From Promethearchaeia archaeon (GTDB taxonomy: Archaea; Asgardarchaeota; Lokiarchaeia; Sigyniarchaeales; SOKP01), in contig JAHQWK010000006.1 in NCBI GenBank assembly GCA_029856145.1, positions 1 to 56,235 on the forward strand: a DNA stretch of 56,235 nt. The letters are read 5' to 3'. Numbering within the stretch: position 1 is the stretch's first letter; each line of letters starts with the position of its first letter. A program made the position numbers and the translations under genes. The notes below the pieces were generated by a model. The model saw only the letters and a list, made by a program, of their open reading frames with translations. It had not been told where the DNA came from and made no database searches. Of the stretch, positions 46,059 to 56,235 are shown in pieces.

Positions 46059-47324
46059 TTATAAATATTCATTCTTTATTCTCGAAAGTAAAGCAAAGAT
46101 GATTATTATTGCTCCCAATAGTATAAATGTAATGCTTAAATTCCACATTACTAAGTATCCAACAAGGGGGTAAAGAATAGCTCTTATGAAGCTTGCGAAC
46201 ATATTTACTGTACTTATAACGGTCGCTCTGTTCTCTGATTCAATTTGTAAATTTATTCCCTTAACAAATATCAAACTCCTTGAAAACCCGAATCCAATTA
46301 CAATGAGAATTAAAGGAATACTGACTGGAATGAAGTGTATTAGCGCCATTAGAATAAATCCGATTCCTGGAATTATCGTATAACATTTAAGAAACTTTCT
46401 CTTGTTATGAATTTTGTTTTCTAGAGTTGGAACGATATTGTTAAAGAAAATTTGTACAAGTGTCATTAATGTACTTACGAATCCAAAGAAGATTAATTGA
46501 AAACTTAATGCTTCAAGATACACTTGATAAGTCCATATTAAGAAAAACACTAAAGACTCTGTTATCACCATTTCAACAGCTAAAATTCTTAAAATCTTAT
46601 TATTTGTGAGCTCAGTAAATCCAGATTTTACTACTGTAAAGTATTTATCAGCCTTCTTCCTTTCTAGGTCATGATTAGGTTCCTTTAACGTTAATGATAT
46701 CAATGTTGCTATAATAAAAGGAACAAATATAAGGCTCATTACAAGATTCAATGAAAAATATGCACCTATAATTGAACCAATTGGTGCTGAAATTGCAATT
46801 CCAAGCAAACTGAAACTTCTATTCCTAGCTATTACTTTTGAAACGTCATCTTCTCTTCCAAGTTTTCTCAATGTATCATATGTAAATGCTGTATCGGTAC
46901 CTGATGTTAAAGCTGCTCCAAAAGCCCACAAAGTTTCACCAATAGTAAAAATAAATATGTTTGGATAACTTCCATAAACTAATGCAGCAAATGCAGTTGC
47001 CAATGTACCTAATATCAAAGAGAACTTCCTGCTTATGTAATCCGCTATTGCTCCACAAGGAATTTCGAATACTAATATCATTACTGTAAAGTAGCTTTGT
47101 AAGAACATAATCTCAACAAATGTTAATCTCCCCCATGTTAAGAAAAATGGTAATAGAATTCCTGAAATTAAATGAAATCCTTCTATAAAATGAATTAAAT
47201 ATGATTTCCATATATTAGCTCTCCACTTATTTAAATTTATATAATTATCTTTCCGTTCTAACTCTAAAGAAGATTCAACTAACTCTTCTCGAGTAAATTC
47301 CTTTAATTCTGACATTTTTTCCAC
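46059..47324 (-). CDS. MFS transporter
   Basis: About 12 TM helices; EIPCGAIADYISRK, ALTSGTDTAFTYD, RATVIST. Confidence 0.9.
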   Translation of the reverse strand: MEKMSELKEFTREELVESSLELERKDNYINLNKWRANIWKSYLIHFIEGFHLISGILLPFFLTWGRLTFVEIMFLQSYFTVMILVFEIPCGAIADYISRKFSLILGTLATAFAALVYGSYPNIFIFTIGETLWAFGAALTSGTDTAFTYDTLRKLGREDDVSKVIARNRSFSLLGIAISAPIGSIIGAYFSLNLVMSLIFVPFIIATLISLTLKEPNHDLERKKADKYFTVVKSGFTELTNNKILRILAVEMVITESLVFFLIWTYQVYLEALSFQLIFFGFVSTLMTLVQIFFNNIVPTLENKIHNKRKFLKCYTIIPGIGFILMALIHFIPVSIPLILIVIGFGFSRSLIFVKGINLQIESENRATVISTVNMFASFIRAILYPLVGYLVMWNLSITFILLGAIIIIFALLSRIKNEYL

Positions 47325-47530
47325 CTTTTTTTAAATTCTTTAAATTTTTTATGATTTTATTATAAAAACATATTTGGTATTTCAATTGAGATATTATCAT
47401 AGCTTGAATGTGATTTCCTAACCCTGAATTCTTAGAATACTATCTAAAAGATAAAAATGATAAAGAAGAAGCTTTGTATCAAACGAGAAAACAAAAGAAA
47501 AGAATCAGCGTGGTGTTGATTTCAATGTTT

Positions 47531-47668
47531 TTATGAGGATAATGGTGTATGGATATATGGTACGAACACTAAAAACATCATTACCATGATAATTTTATCA
47601 CAAGACGGATCTTGAACTACCATATCTTTTTGGTTAATTCCAATCCAACTATTTTCTTTAATTACCAT
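47531..47668 (-). CDS. Putative 45-aa upstream ORF / leader peptide
   Basis: MVIKENSWIGINQKDMVVQDPSCDKIIMVMMFLVFVPYIHTPLSS* in the 480-nt gap upstream of the MFS gene. Confidence 0.3.
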   Translation of the reverse strand: MVIKENSWIGINQKDMVVQDPSCDKIIMVMMFLVFVPYIHTPLSS

Positions 47669-47803
47669 GATACAATCAACAAATATGTTTAATAAAACTA
47701 TATTATTACCAAACTTATAAATTTAATGGTAAGTTTCTTATCTTTTTGAGACAAAAAAGAGGAAAATGGGAAAAAAGTGGGATCATCATTTCAAAATTGA
47801 CTT

Positions 47804-49228
47804 TTAGGAAATACTTAAATTCACAAGCTCAGCTGTTGCTTCGCAATAAACTCTAGCTAACGATTCCCTTTTAGCTTCACTAATAACTCTAATTACTGGC
47901 TCTGTATTTGAAGGATGAATGAGAACAAACCAATCCATTCCATGACCAAATCTAAGATCATTTTCAATTTGTTCTACTTTTTCTCCTTCATTTATCAATT
48001 CAGTTTTTACTTTTATAATAAGTGATTTGGTATCTACATTTTTAATATTGATTTTTACTCTATGAGAATAATATTTAGGTAATTTTGCTACAAGTTGAGA
48101 GATATTTTTTCCTGTTTTTACTAAAATTTCAACAATTTTTGCTGCTGCGAAAATACCATCTCTAGTATTATTAAAATAGGGAAACATAAAACCTCCACAT
48201 GAACCTTCACCACCAAAAACTAATCGATTCTCTGATGAATTCGATATCAAATTCTCCATTTCTTCTGTTAAAAATCGTTCTCCTACAGGAGTTCTAATTA
48301 CATTGGCATTATATTTTTCTGCTATAGCTTCAAACCTCAAAGAAGATGCTAAATTTGTTACAAAATATATCTCTTTATCCTTATATTGCTGATTTTTTAA
48401 ATAGTATTGTGTAATTAGTGCTAATCCAATATCTTCGGGATAACACACTCCATTTTCTCCGATAATTGCCAATCTATCAGCATCTGTGTCATGAGCGAAT
48501 CCAATGTCATATTTCCCATGCCACACCTCCATTATTAAATCTTTAAGATTTTCTTTAATGGGTTCAATTTCTCTTGGAAAATCGTTATTTGCAAGCAAGT
48601 CATTATTAATTAATTTTATATCACATCCCAGTTCACTTAATACTTTAGGTGTGACAAGTTTTCCTGCTCCCGCTCCCGAATCAATAACTACTCTAAGATT
48701 ATTTTTTTTTTTTATTGTTATAAGATCAACATAACTCAATAAATCTTGAATATAATCTGTAATTGGGTTCAAATTTGTAATAATCTGTTCTGAACTTGAT
48801 TGATTTTTTTTATAAGAATTCAAATCAATGTTTTCTAAATAAATTGAAATTATTTCTAAATCATCACTATTTAGAAATGTTTTTGTAGATAATAGTTTTA
48901 AACCATTCCATTGTTGAGGGTTATGAGAACCTGTAATGATTACACCAACAGGGATATTTAATTTATTTTTTGTATGGATTATTACAGGTGTAGGGCATAT
49001 TCCAAGATTTATTATTTCAAAACCTGATAAAATTAATCCTTCTATTATTGCTTGTTCAATGAGAGTTCCACTTGGCCTAGTATCTCTACCTATTACCACT
49101 TTCTTATCTGTGCCATCAATCAATAATCCAAAAGCAACCGCTATTTTTTTAACAGTGTTAAATTTAAAATCTTTCTCAGCACGGCCTCTAATGCCACTTA
49201 GGGTGAAGATTAAACCATTTTCGTCCAT
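47804..49228 (-). CDS. Alpha-D-phosphohexomutase (phosphoglucosamine mutase / PMM-PGM)
   Basis: GRDTRPSG, ITGSHNP, DTDADR, GGEGSCG, PSNTEPVIR. Confidence 0.92.
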   Translation of the reverse strand: MDENGLIFTLSGIRGRAEKDFKFNTVKKIAVAFGLLIDGTDKKVVIGRDTRPSGTLIEQAIIEGLILSGFEIINLGICPTPVIIHTKNKLNIPVGVIITGSHNPQQWNGLKLLSTKTFLNSDDLEIISIYLENIDLNSYKKNQSSSEQIITNLNPITDYIQDLLSYVDLITIKKKNNLRVVIDSGAGAGKLVTPKVLSELGCDIKLINNDLLANNDFPREIEPIKENLKDLIMEVWHGKYDIGFAHDTDADRLAIIGENGVCYPEDIGLALITQYYLKNQQYKDKEIYFVTNLASSLRFEAIAEKYNANVIRTPVGERFLTEEMENLISNSSENRLVFGGEGSCGGFMFPYFNNTRDGIFAAAKIVEILVKTGKNISQLVAKLPKYYSHRVKINIKNVDTKSLIIKVKTELINEGEKVEQIENDLRFGHGMDWFVLIHPSNTEPVIRVISEAKRESLARVYCEATAELVNLSIS

Positions 49229-49245
49229 TTTTCTCTCTTATTTTT

Positions 49246-50250
49246 TTAGGAGATTATTTTATTTTTTTCTAATTTATATTTAACAAGAGCTAATGCTCCT
49301 CTTAATCCAATTTCATCTTTATATTTTGTTAATTTTATCTTTGGAGGGTGATTAATAGTAAATTTAATAGGATCTTTTTTAAATTGTTCAATTATCAGAG
49401 GAATTATCTGGTCTTTGTCTTTCATCATTGCTCCCCCAAAATATATTGAAGTAGAATCATAGTAATTATTAACTAAGCCAACGCCTACTTTTGTATAATA
49501 AACACAATCTTCAACGATTTTTTCAGATAACTCATCTCCCTTCTTGGCTGCTTGAAAAATTTCTTTTGCAGTTATTTTGGAAATCTCATTATCAACAATT
49601 TGCAATAATAGATCTGCATTTAACTTCCCTTCATTTAAAGCATCTAAAGCTCTATTTTGCACTCCTGTTCCAGAACTATAAGCTTCCCAACAACCATATG
49701 CTCCACAATTGCATCTAAATTTACTTTTTGGCTCAACTAACGCATGCCCAATTTCTGCCGCATTACCCTCTTTTCCAAGTAAAAGATGTCCGCTGCAAAT
49801 CACTCCTCCACCTATACCAGTAGACATTGAGATATAAACTAGATTGTCTCTTTCATCATCTTCGGCCTCAAAGAAGTGTATACCCAAAACACTACCATTA
49901 CAATCATTAATAAAATATATTGGAATTTTAGGAAATTTTTTTTTAATTGGTTCTTTTAGAGGAACTACTCTAAAACCAAGATTAGCATTATTGAATACCT
50001 CTCCTTTTTCCATATCCAAAGGACCTGCTGTAGCTATCCCTATACCTAAAATTTGATCGTTTTCAATATTATTTTCAGTCAATATTTCTGATAACATCTG
50101 ACACACAGAATTACTAATTGAATATTTATTTTTTTTTAATGTTCTTGAATTATTTTTTATAATATTATTTTCATTTAAATCTGCTGTACAGATAGCAACT
50201 CTTACCCACGTACCTCCAATATCAACTCCCGCAATAAATTTTTCATCCAC
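49246..50250 (-). CDS. ROK-family sugar kinase (glucokinase-like)
   Basis: GVDIGGT, INDCN, STGIGGG, EIGH, CNCGAYGCWEAYSSG. Confidence 0.92.
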   Translation of the reverse strand: MDEKFIAGVDIGGTWVRVAICTADLNENNIIKNNSRTLKKNKYSISNSVCQMLSEILTENNIENDQILGIGIATAGPLDMEKGEVFNNANLGFRVVPLKEPIKKKFPKIPIYFINDCNGSVLGIHFFEAEDDERDNLVYISMSTGIGGGVICSGHLLLGKEGNAAEIGHALVEPKSKFRCNCGAYGCWEAYSSGTGVQNRALDALNEGKLNADLLLQIVDNEISKITAKEIFQAAKKGDELSEKIVEDCVYYTKVGVGLVNNYYDSTSIYFGGAMMKDKDQIIPLIIEQFKKDPIKFTINHPPKIKLTKYKDEIGLRGALALVKYKLEKNKIIS

Positions 50251-50355
50251 TATTATCTCACATTCAAATTTTCTGTGTTTTCCTTAACGTCTGGATAATA
50301 TAAAGATTTCAAATACTTCAAATTATTATTATAGAAATAAAAGTTTTTCTGTGAT

Positions 50356-51153
50356 TCAGTATACATTTATTTCTATTTTATTATCATCGATTATCTCCTT
50401 AAAAATGGTGGCAATCTCTCTTTTCCTATCATCATCTATTGAGAAAACAAAATATTCTGCGGGAATTCTCGCAGTTGAATAAATTTGTACAATGTTTGGT
50501 TTTATCCTTTTTAGTGCGCGAGCTAAATCATAAATGTTTGTAGAATTATTGTTTGGAATAAAATCTTCTTTGTAAGAATTAAAAATTAAACATTGAATTG
50601 CTAATTTATTTTTTTTAGGCAATTCTCGTTTCAGTTTAATTAATGACTCAATTATCATTTTAATATTAGGAGTATCATGATGAGGACGGTTAGTTCTCTT
50701 GAAATCAACATTATTAGCTGTGTCTAATTTTGCTAAAACTAATTCGAATTGCTTGACTCTTTCTCTTATTTTATCGATATATAAAGTACTAGAATTTGTA
50801 AATAAGGTAATTAATGGTTTTTCACTAGTCCAATTTAATTCATTCCTTACATCTAATGCGATTTTAAGGAAATCTAATAGTTTCTCGTTCAGAGTCGGTT
50901 CACCATTGTAACCAAACGTAATTGAATTTAAATGTGGAACATATTTTAAAATCGAGAATAATTCCTTCCGAAAATTACGTGATGGAGGTAAATTTATTCT
51001 ATAATTAGGAGAAACTAAATTATCTTTCTCTGTTAATCCAATTTCACAATATACACAATTGTTTGTACATAATTTATAATCAGCTAAAACATCGACACCT
51101 AGAGAAAGTCCTAATCGCCTTGATTGAAACGGTCCATATGTGTACTTACGCAT
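50356..51153 (-). CDS. Radical SAM Fe-S oxidoreductase
   Basis: YGPFQSRRLGLSLGVD, CTNNCVYC (CxxxCxxC), NGEPTL, TNSS. Confidence 0.88.
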   Translation of the reverse strand: MRKYTYGPFQSRRLGLSLGVDVLADYKLCTNNCVYCEIGLTEKDNLVSPNYRINLPPSRNFRKELFSILKYVPHLNSITFGYNGEPTLNEKLLDFLKIALDVRNELNWTSEKPLITLFTNSSTLYIDKIRERVKQFELVLAKLDTANNVDFKRTNRPHHDTPNIKMIIESLIKLKRELPKKNKLAIQCLIFNSYKEDFIPNNNSTNIYDLARALKRIKPNIVQIYSTARIPAEYFVFSIDDDRKREIATIFKEIIDDNKIEINVY

Positions 51154-51162
51154 TTTATTTAC

Positions 51163-51924
51163 TTATAAATGATTATCAATAAATCTTTCTATAGCCTTAT
51201 TTACTAGGTTAGGTTTTTCTAACATAACACCATGACCAGCTTTATCTATTATGTAAAGTTCTGAATTTTTAATTTTATCATGAAAAAACTGCGAATATTT
51301 TACGGGGGTAAGTTGATCATCCTTCCCACATATAATTAAGCATGGAACATCAATAGAACTAGTCTTATCTAAAGTATCAAATGCATTACATATTTGAAAA
51401 TCATTATAAGTTACATCTGGATCTATTTGTGCAGTCTCCAAAATGTGGCCCTCTATTATTTTTTTTGATGTTTTTCTATAAAATGAACCAACTCGTAAAT
51501 CATCTAAGTATTTTTGGTAATTAGGTTTTATAGAATTAAAGATAACTGAGCTAACTCTCATCCTTCCTCCTGTAGAACATAAAATTAGAGCAGAGACATC
51601 ATTTGGATATCTAAAATAAAATTCCTGTATAATAACTCCTCCCATGGAATGTCCACCTAAAATCAATTTTTCTGGTTTCAATGAATCATTGAGCTTCTTA
51701 ACAACATCAACATATAAATCTAAAGATAATTCTGGAAATGTATTAGATTTATTATGGGAAGGTAAATCAATAGCAATTATATTATAATCAATTTTTAAAT
51801 AGAATTGATTCTCCCAAATATTTGAGTTACCTCCTGCCCCATGTATAAAAATAAGCGTATTTTGAGAATCATTATCCTTAATCTGGTAAAATATTTGTTT
51901 TCCTGAAAAGGTGAAATATGGTAT
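51163..51924 (-). CDS. Alpha/beta hydrolase (start extended to a putative ATA codon; about 253 aa)
   Basis: GHSMGG, D and H of the triad; the upstream in-frame extension encodes LIFIHGAGG and AIDLPSH with no ATG/GTG/TTG before the stop. Confidence 0.85.
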   Translation of the reverse strand: MPYFTFSGKQIFYQIKDNDSQNTLIFIHGAGGNSNIWENQFYLKIDYNIIAIDLPSHNKSNTFPELSLDLYVDVVKKLNDSLKPEKLILGGHSMGGVIIQEFYFRYPNDVSALILCSTGGRMRVSSVIFNSIKPNYQKYLDDLRVGSFYRKTSKKIIEGHILETAQIDPDVTYNDFQICNAFDTLDKTSSIDVPCLIICGKDDQLTPVKYSQFFHDKIKNSELYIIDKAGHGVMLEKPNLVNKAIERFIDNHL

Positions 51925-52045
51925 TATTATGCACCAATATAATTAGTAGATTATATTGTGTAAAAAACGATTATAATTTAGGTTTATCAAAAATCGAGAT
52001 TTAAAATTCTATACTATTACCCAATAGATAATATTCAAATAGCCA

Positions 52046-54262
52046 CTATTGTCCAATATTAAATTCACGATGCTGCATTTCAAGAAGACGTTTATATTTT
52101 CCATTCAAAGCGATTAAACTTTCGTGGTCTCCTTGTTCTATTATTCCTTTTTTATCTGCATTTATTATAATTATGAGATCAGCATTTTTTATTGTAGAAA
52201 GTCGATGTGCTATGATTATTGTTGTCCTTCCCTTACGAGCTTTATTCAATGCATCTTGTATTAACGTTTCCGTATAAGGATCTACCGAAGAAGTTGCTTC
52301 ATCTAAAATTAATATTTTAGGATCAGTTATTAAAGCGCGAGCAAAAGCAATCAATTGTCTTTGTCCTATTGAAATATTACTACCATTTTCTTTTAATTTA
52401 GTATCATAATTTTTATGTAAAGCGTCAATAAAATTATGAAGTCCTAAAAATTTTGATACTTCTATCATTTTTTCTTCAAGTTCTGGTGTAAAGGTATCAT
52501 ATCCATATAATATGTTTTCTCGAATAGTTCCTGTAAATAAAAATGCTTCTTGTGGGACAATTCCGATTAAACCTCTTAATTCTTTTTTCTTAACCTTTAA
52601 TATATCAACACCGTCTATAAGAATCTTTCCATTATTTACATCATAGAAACGAGCAATCAATTTAATTAACGTTGTTTTACCTGCTCCAGTTTCCCCTACA
52701 ATTGCTAGTGTTATTCCCTCTGGAATTTTTAAACTAAGGTCTTTTAAAACGAAACCCTTAGATTCTATATGTTGAAGGAGTACTTTTTGCTCATCAATTA
52801 GATCTTTTACTATTTTTGGGATTCTTTCATTTATCTCGGGAGGTATAGATAATTTGGCAAGTGTTCTCAAAATATTTTGAGGAGATTTTTGTCCCCTTTC
52901 ATTACTAATCATTCCCCCTCCCTCTCCACTAAAACCGCTACTCTGCTGAAGATTTGTTTTAGTTCTTAATATCTGTTCTAAAGACTTAACCATATTTAGA
53001 ATGGTTTCGGAAGTTATAGTATTGTCAAATTTATTATGCTCATCTAATCTTTGTTTCTTGGACTTAATTTTCACTCCTTCATTATTAAGTATATAACCAA
53101 AACTCACATTGTCAAATTCAATAGTACCATTTATTTGTTCAAGTAATATTGGATTCTTTATATCGGGGATCTCAACTTGTTCTTCTAATAACGAATAAAT
53201 TCGATCACTAGCTGCAAGAGCAGATTCGATAACATTTTGAATTTGCATTAGTGTCATAAATGGTCTAAAAAATTGTCCTAAAATCGTGATAAATGCACTT
53301 AGGACCCCTAATGAAACGGTAATCCCGAAAAGCGAAATATTGCCGGATGCTACAAAACCTCCCACTAATAAAATGGTTGCTGTAATAATTGTTGTTATAA
53401 GATTAATTAAAGGAAAAATGGTTGCCATATATTTTCGAATCTTAACCATAATAGTGTAATTTGCAGTATTTGCTTGATCAAATTCAATAGCAGCTCGTTT
53501 TTCTTGCCCATACGCTTTCACTACTTTTGCACCCTCAATATTCTCCTGTATTGAAGAAGTAACCTTCCCTATTGTTCTTCTTTCCTCTTTAAATAATAAA
53601 GTAGCAACTTTTTTGAAAAAGCGAGTTATTATAAAAAATAAAGGAAAAATTATCAAACTAATTAAAGCTAAAGCTAGATTGAGGAAGAACATAAAAATCA
53701 CAGTTAATCCAATCGAAACCATGCTCGTTATAATTTGAACGAATTGACCTCCGACTAATTGATTAAGTATTGTAACATCATTTGTCAAAATAGATATTAT
53801 CTGTCCTGAAGATCTTTTATCAAAATAATTTAAAGACATATCTTGCAGTTTAAAAAAAAGATCATTTCTAATTTGATAAGTCACTTTTTGAGATATTTTA
53901 CCCATCCCATACAATGCAAAATAATTAGTAATCGCCATAATTAAAACTAATATTAGAAAAATTCCACTCATTATAACAATATGATAGGCATTTTTCGTGA
54001 CAATACCTCTATCAATTATATTTGCAGAAAAAATCGGAGTTAACGCGGAAATTACAGTTGCTACTAAAAGAAAGATAAAGAATAGGAAAAATTCCAATTT
54101 TTGTGGCTTTAAATATGAAATTAACCATCTCCATAATTCTCTTCTTGGATTATCTAGCTTTGATTTATCCCCTTCTAACATAAAACGTTGACGAGTACTT
54201 GCGCTTGGTTTAATTATTTCTTCTCTTTCCTCATCATCATTTTTATACTTATTATTACTCAT
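52046..54262 (-). CDS. ABC exporter subunit (TMD+NBD) with a large insertion in the NBD
   Basis: Six TM helices, GETGAGKT, SIGQRQ, LDEATS, IAHRL. Confidence 0.92.
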   Translation of the reverse strand: MSNNKYKNDDEEREEIIKPSASTRQRFMLEGDKSKLDNPRRELWRWLISYLKPQKLEFFLFFIFLLVATVISALTPIFSANIIDRGIVTKNAYHIVIMSGIFLILVLIMAITNYFALYGMGKISQKVTYQIRNDLFFKLQDMSLNYFDKRSSGQIISILTNDVTILNQLVGGQFVQIITSMVSIGLTVIFMFFLNLALALISLIIFPLFFIITRFFKKVATLLFKEERRTIGKVTSSIQENIEGAKVVKAYGQEKRAAIEFDQANTANYTIMVKIRKYMATIFPLINLITTIITATILLVGGFVASGNISLFGITVSLGVLSAFITILGQFFRPFMTLMQIQNVIESALAASDRIYSLLEEQVEIPDIKNPILLEQINGTIEFDNVSFGYILNNEGVKIKSKKQRLDEHNKFDNTITSETILNMVKSLEQILRTKTNLQQSSGFSGEGGGMISNERGQKSPQNILRTLAKLSIPPEINERIPKIVKDLIDEQKVLLQHIESKGFVLKDLSLKIPEGITLAIVGETGAGKTTLIKLIARFYDVNNGKILIDGVDILKVKKKELRGLIGIVPQEAFLFTGTIRENILYGYDTFTPELEEKMIEVSKFLGLHNFIDALHKNYDTKLKENGSNISIGQRQLIAFARALITDPKILILDEATSSVDPYTETLIQDALNKARKGRTTIIIAHRLSTIKNADLIIIINADKKGIIEQGDHESLIALNGKYKRLLEMQHREFNIGQ

Positions 54263-54278
54263 TCTTATAAGTTCCTAA

Positions 54279-56042
54279 TTATGTTTCTTCTCCAATTCGA
54301 CTTTTTGACTTTTGTTTTTGATATAAAGTTTCATAGATTTGTTTATATAAGATATTTGATCTAATTAATTCATTATGAGTCCCATAACCTACGACACGAC
54401 CCCTTTCTAAAATTAAAATATAATCTACTCCTCTAATGGTTGAGATTCTCTGTGTGATAATAATAGAAGTTATATCCTTCATTATTCTTGTTAAAGCTTG
54501 TTGTATTTTATATTCAGTTTCTACATCAACGGAACTAGTACTGTCATCAAGAATTAAAATTTTAGGTCGTGTTAAAAGAGCCCTTGCTATTGATAAACGT
54601 TGTTTTTGACCACCTGAAAGACGTGTTCCTCTTTCACCTACGATTGAATCATAACCTTTCGGTAATTTAACAATGAAGTCATGTAAATCCGCAATTTTAG
54701 CAGCTTCAATTATTTCTTCTATTGAAGCATCTTCTTTTCCATATGCTATATTTTGCGCTATTGTTTTATTAAATAGAAAGGTTTCTTGCGATACGATCCC
54801 AATGCTTTTCCGTAAATCATTTATTAGATATTTTTTTATATCTTTTTGATCAATCTTAATAAATCCCTCATTCAACTCATAGAAACGAGGGATTAAATTT
54901 ATTATAGTAGATTTACCCGAACCTGTTGTGCCTAAAATAGCAAGTTTTTTTCCAGCTGGAATTTTAAATGTAACATTTTTTAAAATTCGATGATCGATTG
55001 TATATCCAAAGGAAACATTTTCAAAATCAACTTCCCCTTTTAAATTAGATATCGGTGACGCATTGGGAAGGTCTTTTATTTCTGGACTGGAATCTAAAAT
55101 ATCTCTTACCCTAGTAAGTGCAGCATCAGCTTGAATATATACAAGCATGATTTGGCCTAACATCATTAAAGGAAAACCTAGTGCTGCAATATAAGAAAGA
55201 AGAGTTACAACTATGTCTAATTCCATTGTTCCATTTATAAACCTAATACCCCCTATGAATAATGAAAAAATTGTCAGTGCACCGATGATTATATAAATAG
55301 AGGGCATATAAAGTGAATTATATTTTATAGAATTGACACTAGCTTTATAGAACCTATTATTATTCTCTTTAAATTTTTGATATTCTTTAGTTTGAGTACT
55401 AAATATTCGTACTACTTGAGCACCAACAATGTTCTCCCTTATTGTTGAAGTTAAATCACCAAAACTATTTCTTGTTTCTAAGAAGATTGGTTTTAATTTC
55501 TTTGCAATATAATATGATAATATAAGAGAAATTAAAATTGCTGAAACCAAGATAATTGATAAATCAAGACTAAAAGCAAAAAAACCAATAATAATCCCAC
55601 TAATCTGAAGAATCGACTGAAAACCTAAAATTAAACCCATACCAAAAATTTGGCGCGTTTCTTCAATATCACTTGTAGCTCGAGAAATTAATTGACCTGT
55701 TTCAGTCTTATCGAAATATGAAAATGATTGACGATAAATAGCATTACTAATATCATCACGTAAATAATATAAAGCTCTTGATGAAACTTCAGCTCCTTGA
55801 AGCCGAGCAGTTCTATTGAAAATATAAGTAAATAATCCAAATACCAATATAATACAAAAATAAATTAAGAATACTATAATATTAAAGCTTGGAAGATTTG
55901 GATCTAATAATCCAACCATTCTCCCTATAAAAATGGGAATAAAAGTATTAAAAATTGTTGAAAGTGATAAAAATATGATTTGTAAGATAAATGCTCTTTT
56001 CGATTTTAACCAATACTTAAATATCATTCGAGCAGAATTCAT
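54279..56042 (-). CDS. ABC exporter subunit (TMD+NBD), heterodimer partner with degenerate Walker B and H-switch
   Basis: GTTGSGKS, LSGGQKQR, LDDSTSSVD, ITQR. Confidence 0.92.
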   Translation of the reverse strand: MNSARMIFKYWLKSKRAFILQIIFLSLSTIFNTFIPIFIGRMVGLLDPNLPSFNIIVFLIYFCIILVFGLFTYIFNRTARLQGAEVSSRALYYLRDDISNAIYRQSFSYFDKTETGQLISRATSDIEETRQIFGMGLILGFQSILQISGIIIGFFAFSLDLSIILVSAILISLILSYYIAKKLKPIFLETRNSFGDLTSTIRENIVGAQVVRIFSTQTKEYQKFKENNNRFYKASVNSIKYNSLYMPSIYIIIGALTIFSLFIGGIRFINGTMELDIVVTLLSYIAALGFPLMMLGQIMLVYIQADAALTRVRDILDSSPEIKDLPNASPISNLKGEVDFENVSFGYTIDHRILKNVTFKIPAGKKLAILGTTGSGKSTIINLIPRFYELNEGFIKIDQKDIKKYLINDLRKSIGIVSQETFLFNKTIAQNIAYGKEDASIEEIIEAAKIADLHDFIVKLPKGYDSIVGERGTRLSGGQKQRLSIARALLTRPKILILDDSTSSVDVETEYKIQQALTRIMKDITSIIITQRISTIRGVDYILILERGRVVGYGTHNELIRSNILYKQIYETLYQKQKSKSRIGEET

Positions 56043-56109
56043 TAAACTACGAACCGTTGTTGCTTTTGACTCTAATTTCTATTTTTGATTTAAAAAAAAT
56101 TATTACTAA

Positions 56110-56235
56110 TTAGCTTATTTCCATTTTATTAAATGAACGGGCTCCAATTAATATTAATATTGCTCCAAAAATCGCTGCAACGAGAATATCAATCCAAAAA
56201 GGAAAATATGATACACCCAATAAAACAAATCGGAA
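56110..56235 (-). CDS. C-terminus of a membrane protein, probably an ABC-2 type permease (cut by the window edge)
   Basis: FRFVLLGVSYFPFWIDILVAAIFGAILILIGARSFNKMEIS*. Confidence 0.55.
   Translation of the reverse strand, partial: FRFVLLGVSYFPFWIDILVAAIFGAILILIGARSFNKMEIS

Noticed and set aside
9132-54191. Other short antisense or alternate-frame ORFs nested in recognised genes (e.g. 9132, 12818, 14018, 14618, 15349, 17316, 17864, 20876, 21334, 23932, 25435, 26285, 33006, 34678, 38142, 39061, 39929, 41711, 45442, 46186, 48504, 48936, 49491, 49844, 50699, 53997)
   Set aside because: They overlap well-supported genes and carry no recognisable motifs.
1-56235. CRISPR arrays, tRNAs, 16S/23S rRNA, transposases or integrases
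   Set aside because: None recognised by eye; no regularly spaced repeats or cloverleaf-like GC-rich segments were seen.

Overview
This AT-rich chromosomal window looks like a Lokiarchaeia-type Asgard archaeon (inferred from four Rab/Ras-like small GTPases, a longin-roadblock protein, ribosomal protein eL22, and archaeal Spt5, aIF1A, aIF2-gamma, TFS and form III Rubisco). Most of it is housekeeping and metabolic genes, with a small nuclease-rich accessory block at the left end. Three things stand out. (1) A circularly permuted 5S rRNA gene (minus strand, 30879-30999): its 3' two-thirds precede its 5' third, helix I is closed by a 4-nt linker, and a long processing stem carries a bulge-helix-bulge (BHB)-like motif whose canonical cut and ligation would restore loop C and give a 121-nt circle. 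(2) A 30-nt stop-containing insertion in the GHVDHG^KT P-loop of aIF2-gamma, framed by a relaxed BHB motif that predicts exact removal, i.e. a putative tRNA-type intron in an mRNA. (3) A stand-alone circularly permuted Rab-like GTPase (G3-G4-G5-G1-G2). Also seen: probable ATT/ATA start codons, patchy DNA identity between inverted acyl-CoA dehydrogenase paralogs, and a nonsense codon in uvrC. All calls come from reading motifs by eye; no searches were run.
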